Shown one piece after another: positions 12,485 to 22,826 of a DNA stretch of 64,000 bases. How positions within the stretch are numbered: the stretch's first letter is position 1; each line of letters begins with the position of its first letter. The translations under genes and the position numbers were made by a program. Source of the stretch: Basidiobolus meristosporus CBS 931.73 (lineage: Eukaryota; Fungi; Basidiobolomycota); the NCBI GenBank assembly GCA_002104905.1, contig MCFE01000128.1:62001-126000 (forward strand), written 5' to 3'. Below the pieces are notes generated by a model that saw nothing but the letters and a program-made list of their open reading frames with translations, was not told the origin of the DNA and searched no databases.

Positions 12485-14808
12485 TCATCTTCTCCTGGGT
12501 TTTTTTCTCACAGGGATTACTACTGAAGCATTTGGTAGTGACTCACTTTGCACACCTATACTACTTCCTGGCTGACTATCATCTTGGCTACTAGTGTATT
12601 TGTAATCAGTATTTTGCCTCCTAGTTGATGAGTGCAATGCTGCAGCTTGGCTGCGCTGAATTGCTCCCACTGAACCAACTGAACTGGCCTGTAGTGCCAC
12701 GCGCTGACACGTTCTTTTACTTGCCAAGGGCTCTGGTGGTTGAGGCACTTCATGTTGGTCATCATCAGCCAGTTCACCAGAAGTAACTTGCTGATGGTCA
12801 GGCAAAACAGCACACACAGGCGCGCCTTGACGCATTGAGATGGCCCTTGGCTGAGTTTGATGTGATGCTGCATGTTGACATGACTTGGTCTGCTCCAATG
12901 GACTTGTGTCTAAATGAGCAGTTTGGCAAGTTCTTGTAGTTTTGCTCTGAAGCGCGCGCGTGACTCAATGCATGTTGCGGGGCGTTCTGGTAAAGGGTGT
13001 TGGCATGGTCTGGACTGACGTGCGCCAGCACGCTGTAGTGGGGTCACAGTGACACCCACACGCAGATGTGCTCCTTCTTATGCGTTCACTTCCCTAAAAA
13101 GGATTACCCCGCCTATATTATTATCATCCCAAATTTGCAATATTTCCTATTTTTGTCTATGTGATTATTACTATGCAACCTGACAAACTATTTGTCACTA
13201 TTAACCCATTGCACAAGCTATTCTTATTCCTTGCCAAGATGCCAAGATAAGATAGTTACCTTATAAGGCAAGTACCCCAACAGTGCTCATGTCACGTGAC
13301 CATCTTGGTTTCATAACCCCCCATCTCACTACCATAAGAGGCAACCACATGACACAGAGGTTTCATATTACCACTACCTGATTGGCTAGGTGCTACTATG
13401 TCTCATGGAACAATCCGCCAAGAATTTGCGCTATTTTTAGTACACAAAGACATGATTGGTTGTCTACTACCTTCTGGAAACTTCCGGAAAGTATTTTCTA
13501 GCAAAAAATTGAGCAGCAAACAAAAGTATATAAGGGAGGCTATCCCTCAAAATAAATCATCCCTCTTCCAATATTCCAACTTATTGATTAGTGAGATCAC
13601 CGCTACCTATTACCACTGTTTTCTGACTCAGACCTGACAACACTCCCAGGAAACCGTGCTGACAGCCAACTGACCTTGGAGGCACTACTTGTGAGGAATA
13701 CTCAGAGTAGGTATATTTTATTATATTTGTTTGTTTTCCCAAGTTTGTTCTTGTACAGGCAAAGATACTTTTCAGTCTTTGTAACTATTGGTCAAAGCTG
13801 CATTCTTATCAAGTCCCTGTTGGTGGAGTTTACAGTTGTTTTGACTTTGGAAGCTTTAGTACATTGTCATCTCAAAGGACGTCAAAGCCATTATAAACTT
13901 TTGTTAAGACGCCAACTAAGTTGGGGATTGTAGTTCAATAGTTTTCCCTTGACAAGCTTGAGGCTTTACCCCCCATTACATTAGATTAGACAAAAGACCC
14001 AGTATTCCTAGCAAGCTTTTGCCAGAGGTTATCGCACCCAGTGAACACCCCACACACATTCACACTTGAGAAGTGTTGGCCGTATTTTGCCCTCTGGACT
14101 TATACACCACCACAACGCTGTGGTTGCAAGAGATGGTAGGGAATCCAGCAAGGTGTGCTGGTGCAATCTGGACAATGTTGCTTGCAATCTGTATTCTTCC
14201 TCCTGAAGCTCACCATCTGATTCCTCAAGGTATTCACTTACCCTCTGTCTGATACTTTGGAGCTGTTGCCTGGATGAGTCCTGTGTATATTGCTCTTGGA
14301 AGCCACTTAGCTCTACTAATATATCACATAGTACATTAGTCATTTGAGGCAAAAACTCATTCAAAATTTCTTTGGTTCCCAAAGTTGAGGCACAAACGGA
14401 CGTGTCCGGCCTGGACTGTGCAAATTGCGCGCAAAATTGTTCCTGCGCGGCTTCTTTGTCAAATCCCCTCACTCTCAGCTCATTCTTGATTTCAATACTT
14501 GTCTTGTTATATATCTTTTTACATACATTGGCTGGCATCTTGATGTAGAACTCATGCCACAGCTTTCTACTCAAATTCTTCCATCTTTGTTGACTCTCTG
14601 AGGTATCTAGTTCTGCTAGATTAACCAGTAGTGCCCAAATATCTGTATGAAGGCTCATCATAGACACTTGGGCCATACTAAAATCATTTGGCAAGAACTT
14701 GAACGGATCCAACATTGACTTTTGCGGTCCAGACTGTGCTTGTGAGCTGGGGGATGGGTTTTGTCTGGGTTGTACTAGAGATGAGTTGAGGCTTGGTATG
14801 GGGACCAT
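12485..14808 (-). pseudogene. ORF2 of the Harbinger-like element (~412 codons when reconstructed); possible degenerate Myb/SANT (MADF-like) DNA-binding protein
   Basis: Removing 13030-14114 joins ORF 14808-14115 in frame to 13029-12485 with a single TGA (12965-12967). Motif IWALL..L......SQQRWKNLSRKL resembles the trihelix W...rWknL pattern (weak). Confidence 0.6.
13034..14114 (+). mobile_element. Solo-LTR-like insert (1081 bp) of an unidentified family with a 4-bp TSD
   Basis: TGTAGTGG...CCACCACA termini; ACGC at 13030-13033 and 14115-14118; TATATAA 13527-13533; AATAAA 13551-13556; homologous to 57858-58928 and 17782-18847. Confidence 0.88.
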
Positions 14809-15167
14809 AGCAATGGATTTGGATACTTATACAGCAGTATATTGGCATCAACCTGGTCTTATATGAATTATATATGAAAACTAGTGTGATTGTTGAATTT
14901 TCCATATATTGTGCATGATGCATCTTGGATTGTGTTGACACAGATCAGATTACATCAATTGCAGATTTCCTATTTGATTATAGAGCTATAATTAAAGCAT
15001 CAATAAAAGTACCAAGGCATTATTTACGGATGATTTTTGTGACATAATGATGGGATACATGGCAATTGATGGAGATTTAACCATAATGTATTAAAAATCA
15101 GATAAATAACACAGATCACACCAAATCAATTCAAACCGCCTCCATACAATCATCCATCAACTTTAAT

Positions 15168-16052
15168 ATGACTTACTCATCTGAATGGTCTTTTCTCATC
15201 AATCCCATCACTACCACTGGATTTCCTTTTGACACACTAGAGGAGATCTATTCCAAGTACTGTGAACCATCAACCCCAATCTGCTCAAGGAGAACTCTTG
15301 TTAAGCTTCTCTGCTATTACAAGAACTATTGCCCTACAAGGTTTCATCCCACCATCCATGGCAACAAAAGTCCTAGAAGCTTTCATTCCCAGCTGACAGC
15401 AATGGAGAACCACCTTGCAGAGGGTATGAATGACTTAGAGCAAGCTTGAAATACTAGGTTCAGAAGCTCCAATAGACTTCCATATCCCAGAGTGTTCAGC
15501 AACAGGTTCCATATCAGGAGTATTTTGGATACCTTCCCAGTGAGGATTAACAGACCTTCTTGAGGGCAGAGGCACTTTTATTCTGGCAAGTACAAGGAAC
15601 ACTGTATGAAGTTTCAAGCACTGTCTGACATTGATGGTAACATCATCTGGTTTAGTGGGTCATTTGCTGGAAGTAGGCATGACAAAGCACTCTGGGTAGA
15701 GAATCATCCTGAATTCAGTAGAGGGGAGAAATGTATGGCAGACTTAGCCTATATAGGAGAGGATTGTCAGGGATTAGGATGTATTACAGCTGATAGGAAG
15801 CCAAGGAATGGTGTGCTTAGCAGGAAGCAGAAGCTCTACCATGCAATATTTAATCATTTCAGAGTAAGGGTAAAGCACACATTTGGATATCTGAAGAGAT
15901 TCAGCATATTGGCAGGTAAATACAGAGGAAAGTCATATATAGGAGAAAACAGCAGAATAGGTAAAATTGTTAAGATATTTATTAATGCACAGTATGATCA
16001 TACAAGAAGACATCCACTGAGAGAAATGTGTCTGGAGTATTATGAAGAGTAA
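15168..16052 (+). pseudogene. DDE_Tnp_4-type (PIF/Harbinger/IS5-like) transposase, one frame with two in-frame TGA stops
   Basis: 15168-15449 and 15606-16052 are the same frame. Reading through TGA 15447 and TGA 15561 gives ILDTFPV..RP..FYSGKYKEHCMKFQ..DG..GSRHD..MADLAY..RKPRNG.L...Q....RVRVKHTFGYLKRF. The third catalytic E position holds K. Confidence 0.85.
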
Positions 16053-16459
16053 ATAAAGCAAGGAAAGCACTATTCTGAGCAACATAAGTAAGATTGAGTA
16101 AAATTACCAGTAATTGTATCATACCACTGGCATCATGGTAGAAATTATAGTGCCAGATAGTGCTGTAGAGTGCCGGATTGATCCGTCACCATAAACAGGC
16201 TGACACTATGTGGCACTATCCAGCAGAACAAGTCTAATAGGTAAGGGAAGGCTTGAAGAACATGTGTGCAAAGTTTGGGGCTGTTTGGACAACTTTGACA
16301 ATTTTCATGTTCTGGATGCCTCATATTTTGGTGAAAACAATTTAAATAAATCCTGTCAATGATTTTGGTCAATATTCCCTAGGAATTGAAGGTAATGATC
16401 TAAGTAACTAAGTTAGGTGAATATCTAGGTGGAATTACAGATTTTTACAGCAAATCCAA

Positions 16460-16835
16460 TGTGTAACTGTTCAAAGTAGGTGCAGTGATCAACTGCTAAT
16501 CAACAAGGGAGAAGTGCTACTGATGGAAGGGATAACTTATAGATGAAGAATTAACTTCCTTGAGTACTTTTCCTCACTGAAAGTGATTACTCATGACAAG
16601 GGTCTAGAAAATTCTAGGTATCAGTGGAATTCCAGATGACATCACTATGAGCTAAAAATACTCCAAGAAGGTTCTGGAAAGTTCTAAAATGCACAGCACA
16701 TCCTACCAGTCATGGACCAGTAGTCTGAGGCCTATGTATTAAAGAGATAACATACATGGTACTGAAATAGTAGGAATGATAACACAAAATTAGGTCATGA
16801 TTTGTGAGTACTGACACAGGTACTTGCTTATTGAA
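16460..16835 (-). repeat. Older diverged fragment of the 1.07-kb LTR-like family
   Basis: Reverse complement aligns by eye with ~58070-58430 (ggatgtgctgtgc, gagtaatcactt, cttgttgattag..gatcactgc). Confidence 0.65.
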
Positions 16836-16879
16836 GATTCATCTGGTAATCTGCTTCTGGATAAATATTACTACAATGT

Positions 16880-17781
16880 CAACAAATAACTCCCAATGCT
16901 TCCAATGTATTCCTAGCAGAAATGACTTCAGAAAGCTACTTGAATAAATACATATCCACCTAATCCATTACATGTATTTGTATTATGGCATATTCATATG
17001 AATATTGATGGGAGCCCATGAGACATACTTTGGGTAGCAGATACTCTGTAATATCTAGCCAATTCTCTCAAAATCCCTGGTATCTCAAAGGGCACTTTTA
17101 GCTTGAATGCCCAATGTATACCTTGGCTATTAGTATAAGGATATTGTTGAAAAGCAAATCCATTGTGTGCAGTGTAAAGCTTTTGCTCCAAAAGTTATCC
17201 TCTATCTTAAGTATCACTGGCTTCCAATTAATTCCATATTCCAACCAACAGCTTATAGCTGGCCAACTCTGCTATAAATGCATGCTTACCTCTGTATATT
17301 ATGTCTATGGGACGGTAATGTTCCTACTGTTAGTGTTCAGATACTAATAGTGAGTGTGAGTTGTGGAATATATCCCCAGATCTCTCACATTTAATGGCAA
17401 TACTATCCATTGTGCCCAGAAAAGTCAACTGTATTGCTGATGGCTAGGGTATCTCCAATGCAAATAATAATATACACTTGATAACACAGCCATAGTGTAG
17501 TCTCCTGCTGGAAAGCATACAGAGTTCATTCAGCAATAGATACAGGTAGCTATCCAGGCTGGACAATGCTTTAGGCCCAGATACCAGTGAGACTTCAATC
17601 AGATTTCTGCTCTGATACTGCAAGATAGGTGGCATATTCAGGCTTATGTGTGTCAGTGACAAGCAGGATTTGCTGGCAGACTACTTGTTTATTGGGAATC
17701 CATCAAGTTGTAAGGCAAAGGCATGGTCATACCTACCTTCAGGGTTGCACTTGCTTCTTAGTTGTTTGTAATGTTTGCCAT
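16880..17781 (-). pseudogene. CACTA-type transposase fragment
   Basis: Reverse complement matches 45900-46770 (VSLVSGPK..LDSYLYLLLNELC). Confidence 0.7.
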
Positions 17782-18847
17782 TGTGTTGCTTTATGATTCC
17801 AAGGGAGAGATACATGTAATACTACTCAAGTGTTTTGTATGTAGGGTGTTCATTGGGTGCAGTTACCGCTAGCAAAAGCTTGCTAGGAATGCTTGAGCTT
17901 TGCCTCTACTTTAATGTGAGGGACAGAAAGCCTCAAGTTTGCCATGGGGAAACTATTGAGCTACAACCCCCAGCTTAGTTGGGATCTAAATAAAAGGATG
18001 TGCCTGGTTTAGCTTCCTTTGATATGTTAGTGTACAAAGATTCCAAAGTCAAAGCAACTATTGACTCCAACATCAGGGACTTGAGAAGAATGCAGCTGTG
18101 GTCAATAGTTATTGAAACAGAAAAGTATCTTTGCCTATACAAAAGCAAACTTAGGAAAGAATCAAGTATCATAAAAAATACCTATGTGGAATATTCCTCA
18201 CAAGTAGTGCCTCCAAGGTCAGCTGGCTGACAGCACAGTTTTCTGGGAGTGTTCTGTGGTCTGTAATAAAAAGTTCTGGTAGCAGCAGGTAGCAGTGATC
18301 ACACTAATCAACAAGTTAGTGTATTGATAAAAGAGATGTTCATTTACTATTGAGAGATTGCCTCCCTTAATACTTCTCTCACTGGCTGAGTGATTACTAA
18401 TATCATGCTCCAGGAGGTTCTAGAGATCATCATAACTCAAAATGACATCAGAATGAGCAAAGAATGGTTCAAGTAGATGCCAGAGAGCTCTAAGAGGCTC
18501 AGCACTTCTAACCAATCAGGGATGCATATTCTGAGACTGGTGCAACATATTGATGCTTCATCTGGAATGAAAATGATGAGGATGGAGACATGGCTTAATC
18601 ATGTTTAGTGGGTTTTGGCATGGGTACTTGCCTAATATAGAAGCACATATACTTAGTAATCATACATCAAATAATGGATAACTTATGCAATAAATAAGCA
18701 GATATCATAACTAGCAGGCTTAAGGGATAGTACTGATCAGATAAGACATATAGGATAAAACTAAAATATGGGTAACAGGGAAATAGGAAAGTAAAAAGTA
18801 TTGGAATTGACACCTCTGTCAGTGGGTGTCCCTATGACCCCACTACA
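17782..18847 (-). mobile_element. Older solo-LTR-like insert (1066 bp) of the 4-bp-TSD family
   Basis: Ends ...ccccactaca at 18847 (reverse of TGTAGTGGGG). CCAT at 17778-17781 and 18848-18851. The empty site tttgccat is seen once in the paralog at ~51030. Confidence 0.8.
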
Positions 18848-18851
18848 CCAT

Positions 18852-21190
18852 CAAATATATTGGCAATGTTTACACTTGATTGTCATTGAGTGGAAGGCTA
18901 AGGTAAGCCAAAATATGTCACAAATACACCTGACTCAATTTGGGAAAGGTGACAAGTACAGCTAGGTGACATTATAGAAGTATCAAGTGGCCAGCAAAAT
19001 AATGCTGGTACAGTAGTAACTGTGAATGGTCAAATATAACTTCTGTGGCAAAAACTGGCTGTACTGCTTGTAATACTTCATATGCCATCTGTATGATTCA
19101 TGGCTGAGAGACTTGTTACAATAGCATCATGGTCTTTTTCTCTTCTCTTACAGTGTTAAATCATTGTAGTCCTCTCCATGGGGCAAGCAGCCTGATACTC
19201 AACAATCTAATGCTGTTATATCACTTTTCTGTCAATACTGATGTGAATCAAAAATGGTCATGTTTTTGAGACTTTGCATTTGCACAAATGTAAGAGTCAC
19301 TGATTACCCACTATAGTAAGCATTATAAGTGAAGTTGTGGCAGCACATACACAAACATATGCACTCTATCCCATTTGGTTTAACTAACTTCCATATACAT
19401 GCCACTAAAAAATAATGCAATGTTGACTGGTTCCTAGATAGACCTCACTGCTTACAGCAGCAGAAGAATGATTGAACAATGGCTTGCTTCAGCTTTTAAT
19501 GCAACAAGCAGGGCTAAATCCAAAAAAGGCAATGTGGACTTGATGCCTACTGAAGGTAATAATGTGGGCTCTTCAGGCTCTCATCCAAGTAAGCAATTTG
19601 GATTCTCTGTGGAGCTGCAAGCTGACCATTATTTTATGGCAGACAAGAGTACAGTGGACACAGTATCTTTGGTGGAAGACCCATAAGTGCCATCTCAACA
19701 TTACCACCAATAGTATCAGTAATTAAATTGTCAGCTCATACTGAAGCATTGATGTGGCTATCAGGTGCAGTTACAGATAGGATAGATGCAATGGCACAGA
19801 GAAATCAGGTAATAGTTTGGAAACAGGATGAGTGAATAATATAGGTAGGGCAATCACTATCCTGGATAGAGAATGCATTCTCTGAAGTAAAGTAGGAACC
19901 AAAGTAGCTCAACATCACAGCCATGAATTGTGCCATATCCCAATGTATCAACAGAGGGACATCTCTTCAGTGTTTAAATTACAACGACAGTGCCCAAAGA
20001 TAAAGCCCACAGAAAGATCAATCACAACATGGAAGGGAATGACTTTGATGCTGACACCCAAGCCTTAAAACTAAAGACACTGAAGATCCATGGAGCTGTT
20101 GAGTGTAAGGATGTGGACTTGGCTAATATTCAAGAAGCCATTGGTAGTCTAGCACAGCATCACATCAAGGCCAGCATACCATTGGGCCACTAGGAATGCA
20201 AGGACAACCAAAATGTGCTTAACCTGTTCTATTTGTACTCTCTTGGACTAAAGCAGTCAAAGTGACTTTGGGCCAGCATTGTTATGCTAGGAACATATCT
20301 CAAGAATAGAAGAAAGGATCAAAGGCAGAAGATCAAGGGTGCAATGGTTAAAACCAGTAGCTTCCTCAAGAGCTTATCACAAGCAAGGCTGAAAGCTCAA
20401 AGCAAGCTGCAAAAAACCATTGGGTTGCCAGGAGAGTGCTAGCAAGGGACAAGCAGGCAAAGATAGATGCACCATTGCATCACTTACCAAGGAGAAAACA
20501 AAGCACAATACAAGAAGCACTCAGTGACAGCAGTAGTAAAAGACTTGGCAGTGATAATGTTAAATGTAAGAAGAGAGAGTCAACCAAAGACTCCAAGAGG
20601 GAAGCATGGGTAAAAAGCTGCAGCTCTCACCAATTAATACTGTCATCACAGAACAGGCTGAATCCCATCATTGCCAAAAAAATTACCAACAGGATAAAAG
20701 CTACTCTCTCAGGAGATCAAAGTGCAGCCTATTGAGCTACACTGCTGTGAAGTAGATGCGCTTGCAGAGACAAGCAATTTGTCTACTGCTGCCTCCATAT
20801 CCTCTATTATAGCCCAAGTGGATATCCCACTGGCAGACAAATCAATAATGCTAAGAACTAAAATGACCATCACAATGCCTACAGTGAAATTTTGGAACAC
20901 TAATAGGCACACCAAGAGGTTGTAGCACTTCTTCAAGAGCAGTGCTCAAAAAAACACACTTGAGTATTGCAAGGATTTAGTGCAAACAATGGCATATGAG
21001 GTGCTAGATCTTGTAGTGCTGGCTGAGGAAACGGAGGTATGGGAACAAGTGAGTCAATAGTGGCATATAGATATATGGTTCCTGCAAAAGTCATAGAAAA
21101 GGCAATGCAGCAGTAATACTTGTTTAATAGTGGATGTTAACTAGGTTACTTCTAGAGTCTGGGGTTGGGCTTTATAAAGGCTTCATGGGT
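18852..21190 (+). pseudogene. Spacer plus unidentified companion ORF of the CACTA-like repeat (copy with one 69-aa repeat unit)
   Basis: Reverse match to 1-1100, then ALAETSNLSTAASISSIIAQVDIPLADK...VKFWNTNRHTKRL, homologous to 49095-49763. Confidence 0.6.
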
Positions 21191-21199
21191 TACAATAGT

Positions 21200-22620
21200 A
21201 CCCTCAATGCAGTTGGAGAGGGAACTATCCAAGTAAATCCATGATAAACAGACAGAAGCCACACACTGACCTTCAAAGTGATTTAAGAGTCTTAGAGATA
21301 TTTCAAGTGATTGGGAGAACAATCAGATTGTGCAGTTGTCTCTTGAATAGATATTGAATGTAAAAGTGGTATTTGTGCATTTACATGGTCTTAAAATAGA
21401 ATTAGCTTGAAACATGCTTAGCAAGGTCCCAAGAGCATGTGTCCAAAGTCTTGGATAGTTTAGATAAACTGTAGAATTTTCCTGTTCTGAGTATGAAATG
21501 TTTAGGCAAAAGTACCATCAGTAAATCCAAACAAGGAAATTGGTCAGTGTTGTGTAGATAGGCAAAGCATTGGTGAATATTTTGCACAATATGATTGTGT
21601 TATGATCTACCCCTTAATGTTCAAGTTGGATCAGTTTTTAGTCAAATCAATTAGTTTCATGTTTAGCTTATCAGTATATCAGTAATATCTAACAAATCAG
21701 TAGCATCAGTCAGCAAATGAATCAGCTGATCCTTATCAGACAGAAATAGATATATTAAGTAGGATCTTATTGAGTGATGTTGATGCAGTTAAATGAGTCA
21801 TCAGCCACAACCTGCATTAGGAAATTTAACTAGTCAGCAATTGATCTGGCAAAATGTATATATGGAGCTGCAGAACTTCAATAAAAATCAGTTCAAGTTT
21901 TAGTGGATACAATACTAGCTAAACTCCCTATTCCTCTACAACTCTTTTAAAAAGACATGTAGCATTGGCAACAATGAAAGTTTTATGCAATTGAAGTCAC
22001 CATAATAGAACTATCAAAAAAGAGAATATTCTTTCCTGTAACACTGACGCAAGATCCTTGCTCCTGTGGCTACATCTTCATCTTAAGCTTCCTGAGTTGC
22101 TAGTTAGTTCCATCAAGCTTTTCAGCAGAAGGAAAAATCCTGTTAGTTGCCATAGCAGACACTGTTGCAAGTGACAGCTTGGGGCTTATAGCCTGCTGCA
22201 GGTGTCCCGGAAATATTGGAAGTCACTTGAAAAACATGCAGATATTGTTTTTTATTGCAATATTTTGAGGATTTTATGACATATTATGCAGAACTAGAGG
22301 AATTACATCAAATTCACTTACATGTAAGGTGTTTATACCTTTAATAAAGTAGAGCAAGCAAACTTGTCCAGTTTGCAAAGGAAGGGCCCAAAAATGTGCT
22401 TGCACCATGTGGGGTCTTTTGAACAACTATAAGAAAGGTCATAATCTGGGTACCTGATAATCTGGTGAAGATATTTAAGGTAAGTTCCATCATGAAATTT
22501 GGTTAGGACAGAATGCTATTCACGGAATATGATCTATGTGACTAAGTTGGCATGAATATTTAGGTAACAAATTAATAATTACAATACTCCCACCTAAAAA
22601 TCAGAATAATCTGATCAGAG
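21200..22620 (-). repeat. Copia family-1 debris (protease fragment, two decayed LTRs, PBS/gag start) around a gypsy LTR
   Basis: 21205-21290 resembles 4780-4860. 21285-21590 and 22196-22600 resemble the reversed LTR. ggggcttatagcc PBS remnant near 22185-22195. Confidence 0.55.
21598..21964 (+). repeat. Gypsy-family LTR (367 bp), isolated copy
   Basis: TGTTATGA...TGTAGCA; reverse complement of 22827-23194; no clear TSD. Confidence 0.75.
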
Positions 22621-22826
22621 TACTGATCATTATCTTTGATCACTTGAACAGGCTGGAATATTGAGATAAGTCCAACTCTCAGACTCAAAAGTCATATATA
22701 ACCTTAGGGCTATCAAATGCTTCTTATTTGAGCAAAATTGACTCACTTTTAGTCAAAGTATGGCTTTGACATAAACAACATGTCTAGAATTTCATTTTTT
22801 TCAGGTAGCAGACTAATTCTTTATCA

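Larger units (their letters stand above)
11743..16235. mobile_element. PIF/Harbinger-like (DDE_Tnp_4-type) two-ORF DNA transposon, 3408 bp once the nested LTR is removed
   Basis: Perfect 10-bp TIR AGACTTGTTC (11743-11752) / GAACAAGTCT (16226-16235). 3-bp duplication AAT at 11740-11742 and 16236-16238 inside a copia LTR whose empty site reads tagAATagg. Divergent ORFs and short subterminal gcacaat/gcactat-like repeats. Confidence 0.88.
3386..16452 (-). mobile_element. Old degenerate Ty1/copia family-1 element (5' LTR 11611-16452 split by the Harbinger-like insertion; internal region 8157-11610 and 3386-3459; 3' end deleted)
   Basis: Reverse-strand gag/PR (ORF 10048-11160), IN and RT remnants match the 4073-7789 polyprotein. 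PBS remnant gggcccatagcc at 11599-11610. LTR halves are 11611-11742 and 16236-16452. RT sequence is continuous across the 3460-8156 insertion. Confidence 0.85.

Noticed and set aside
14029-14114. Shared WWCI..VWGVHWVR peptide at the ends of ORFs 14029-14808 and 58801-60900
   Set aside because: Both ORFs run into the antisense strand of the same inserted LTR-like element; it is not a protein domain.
15447-15563. TGA recoding (alternative genetic code or selenocysteine) suggested by repeated in-frame TGA stops
   Set aside because: The 1238-aa copia ORF and the GOT1 exons have no internal TGA. The stops fit CGA->TGA or TGG->TGA decay in dead elements.
15168-16052. Bacterial IS5/IS4 insertion sequence or contamination
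   Set aside because: It sits inside a eukaryotic LTR with a TSD, carries a second ORF and a nested LTR-like insert, and the window holds a spliceosomal gene.
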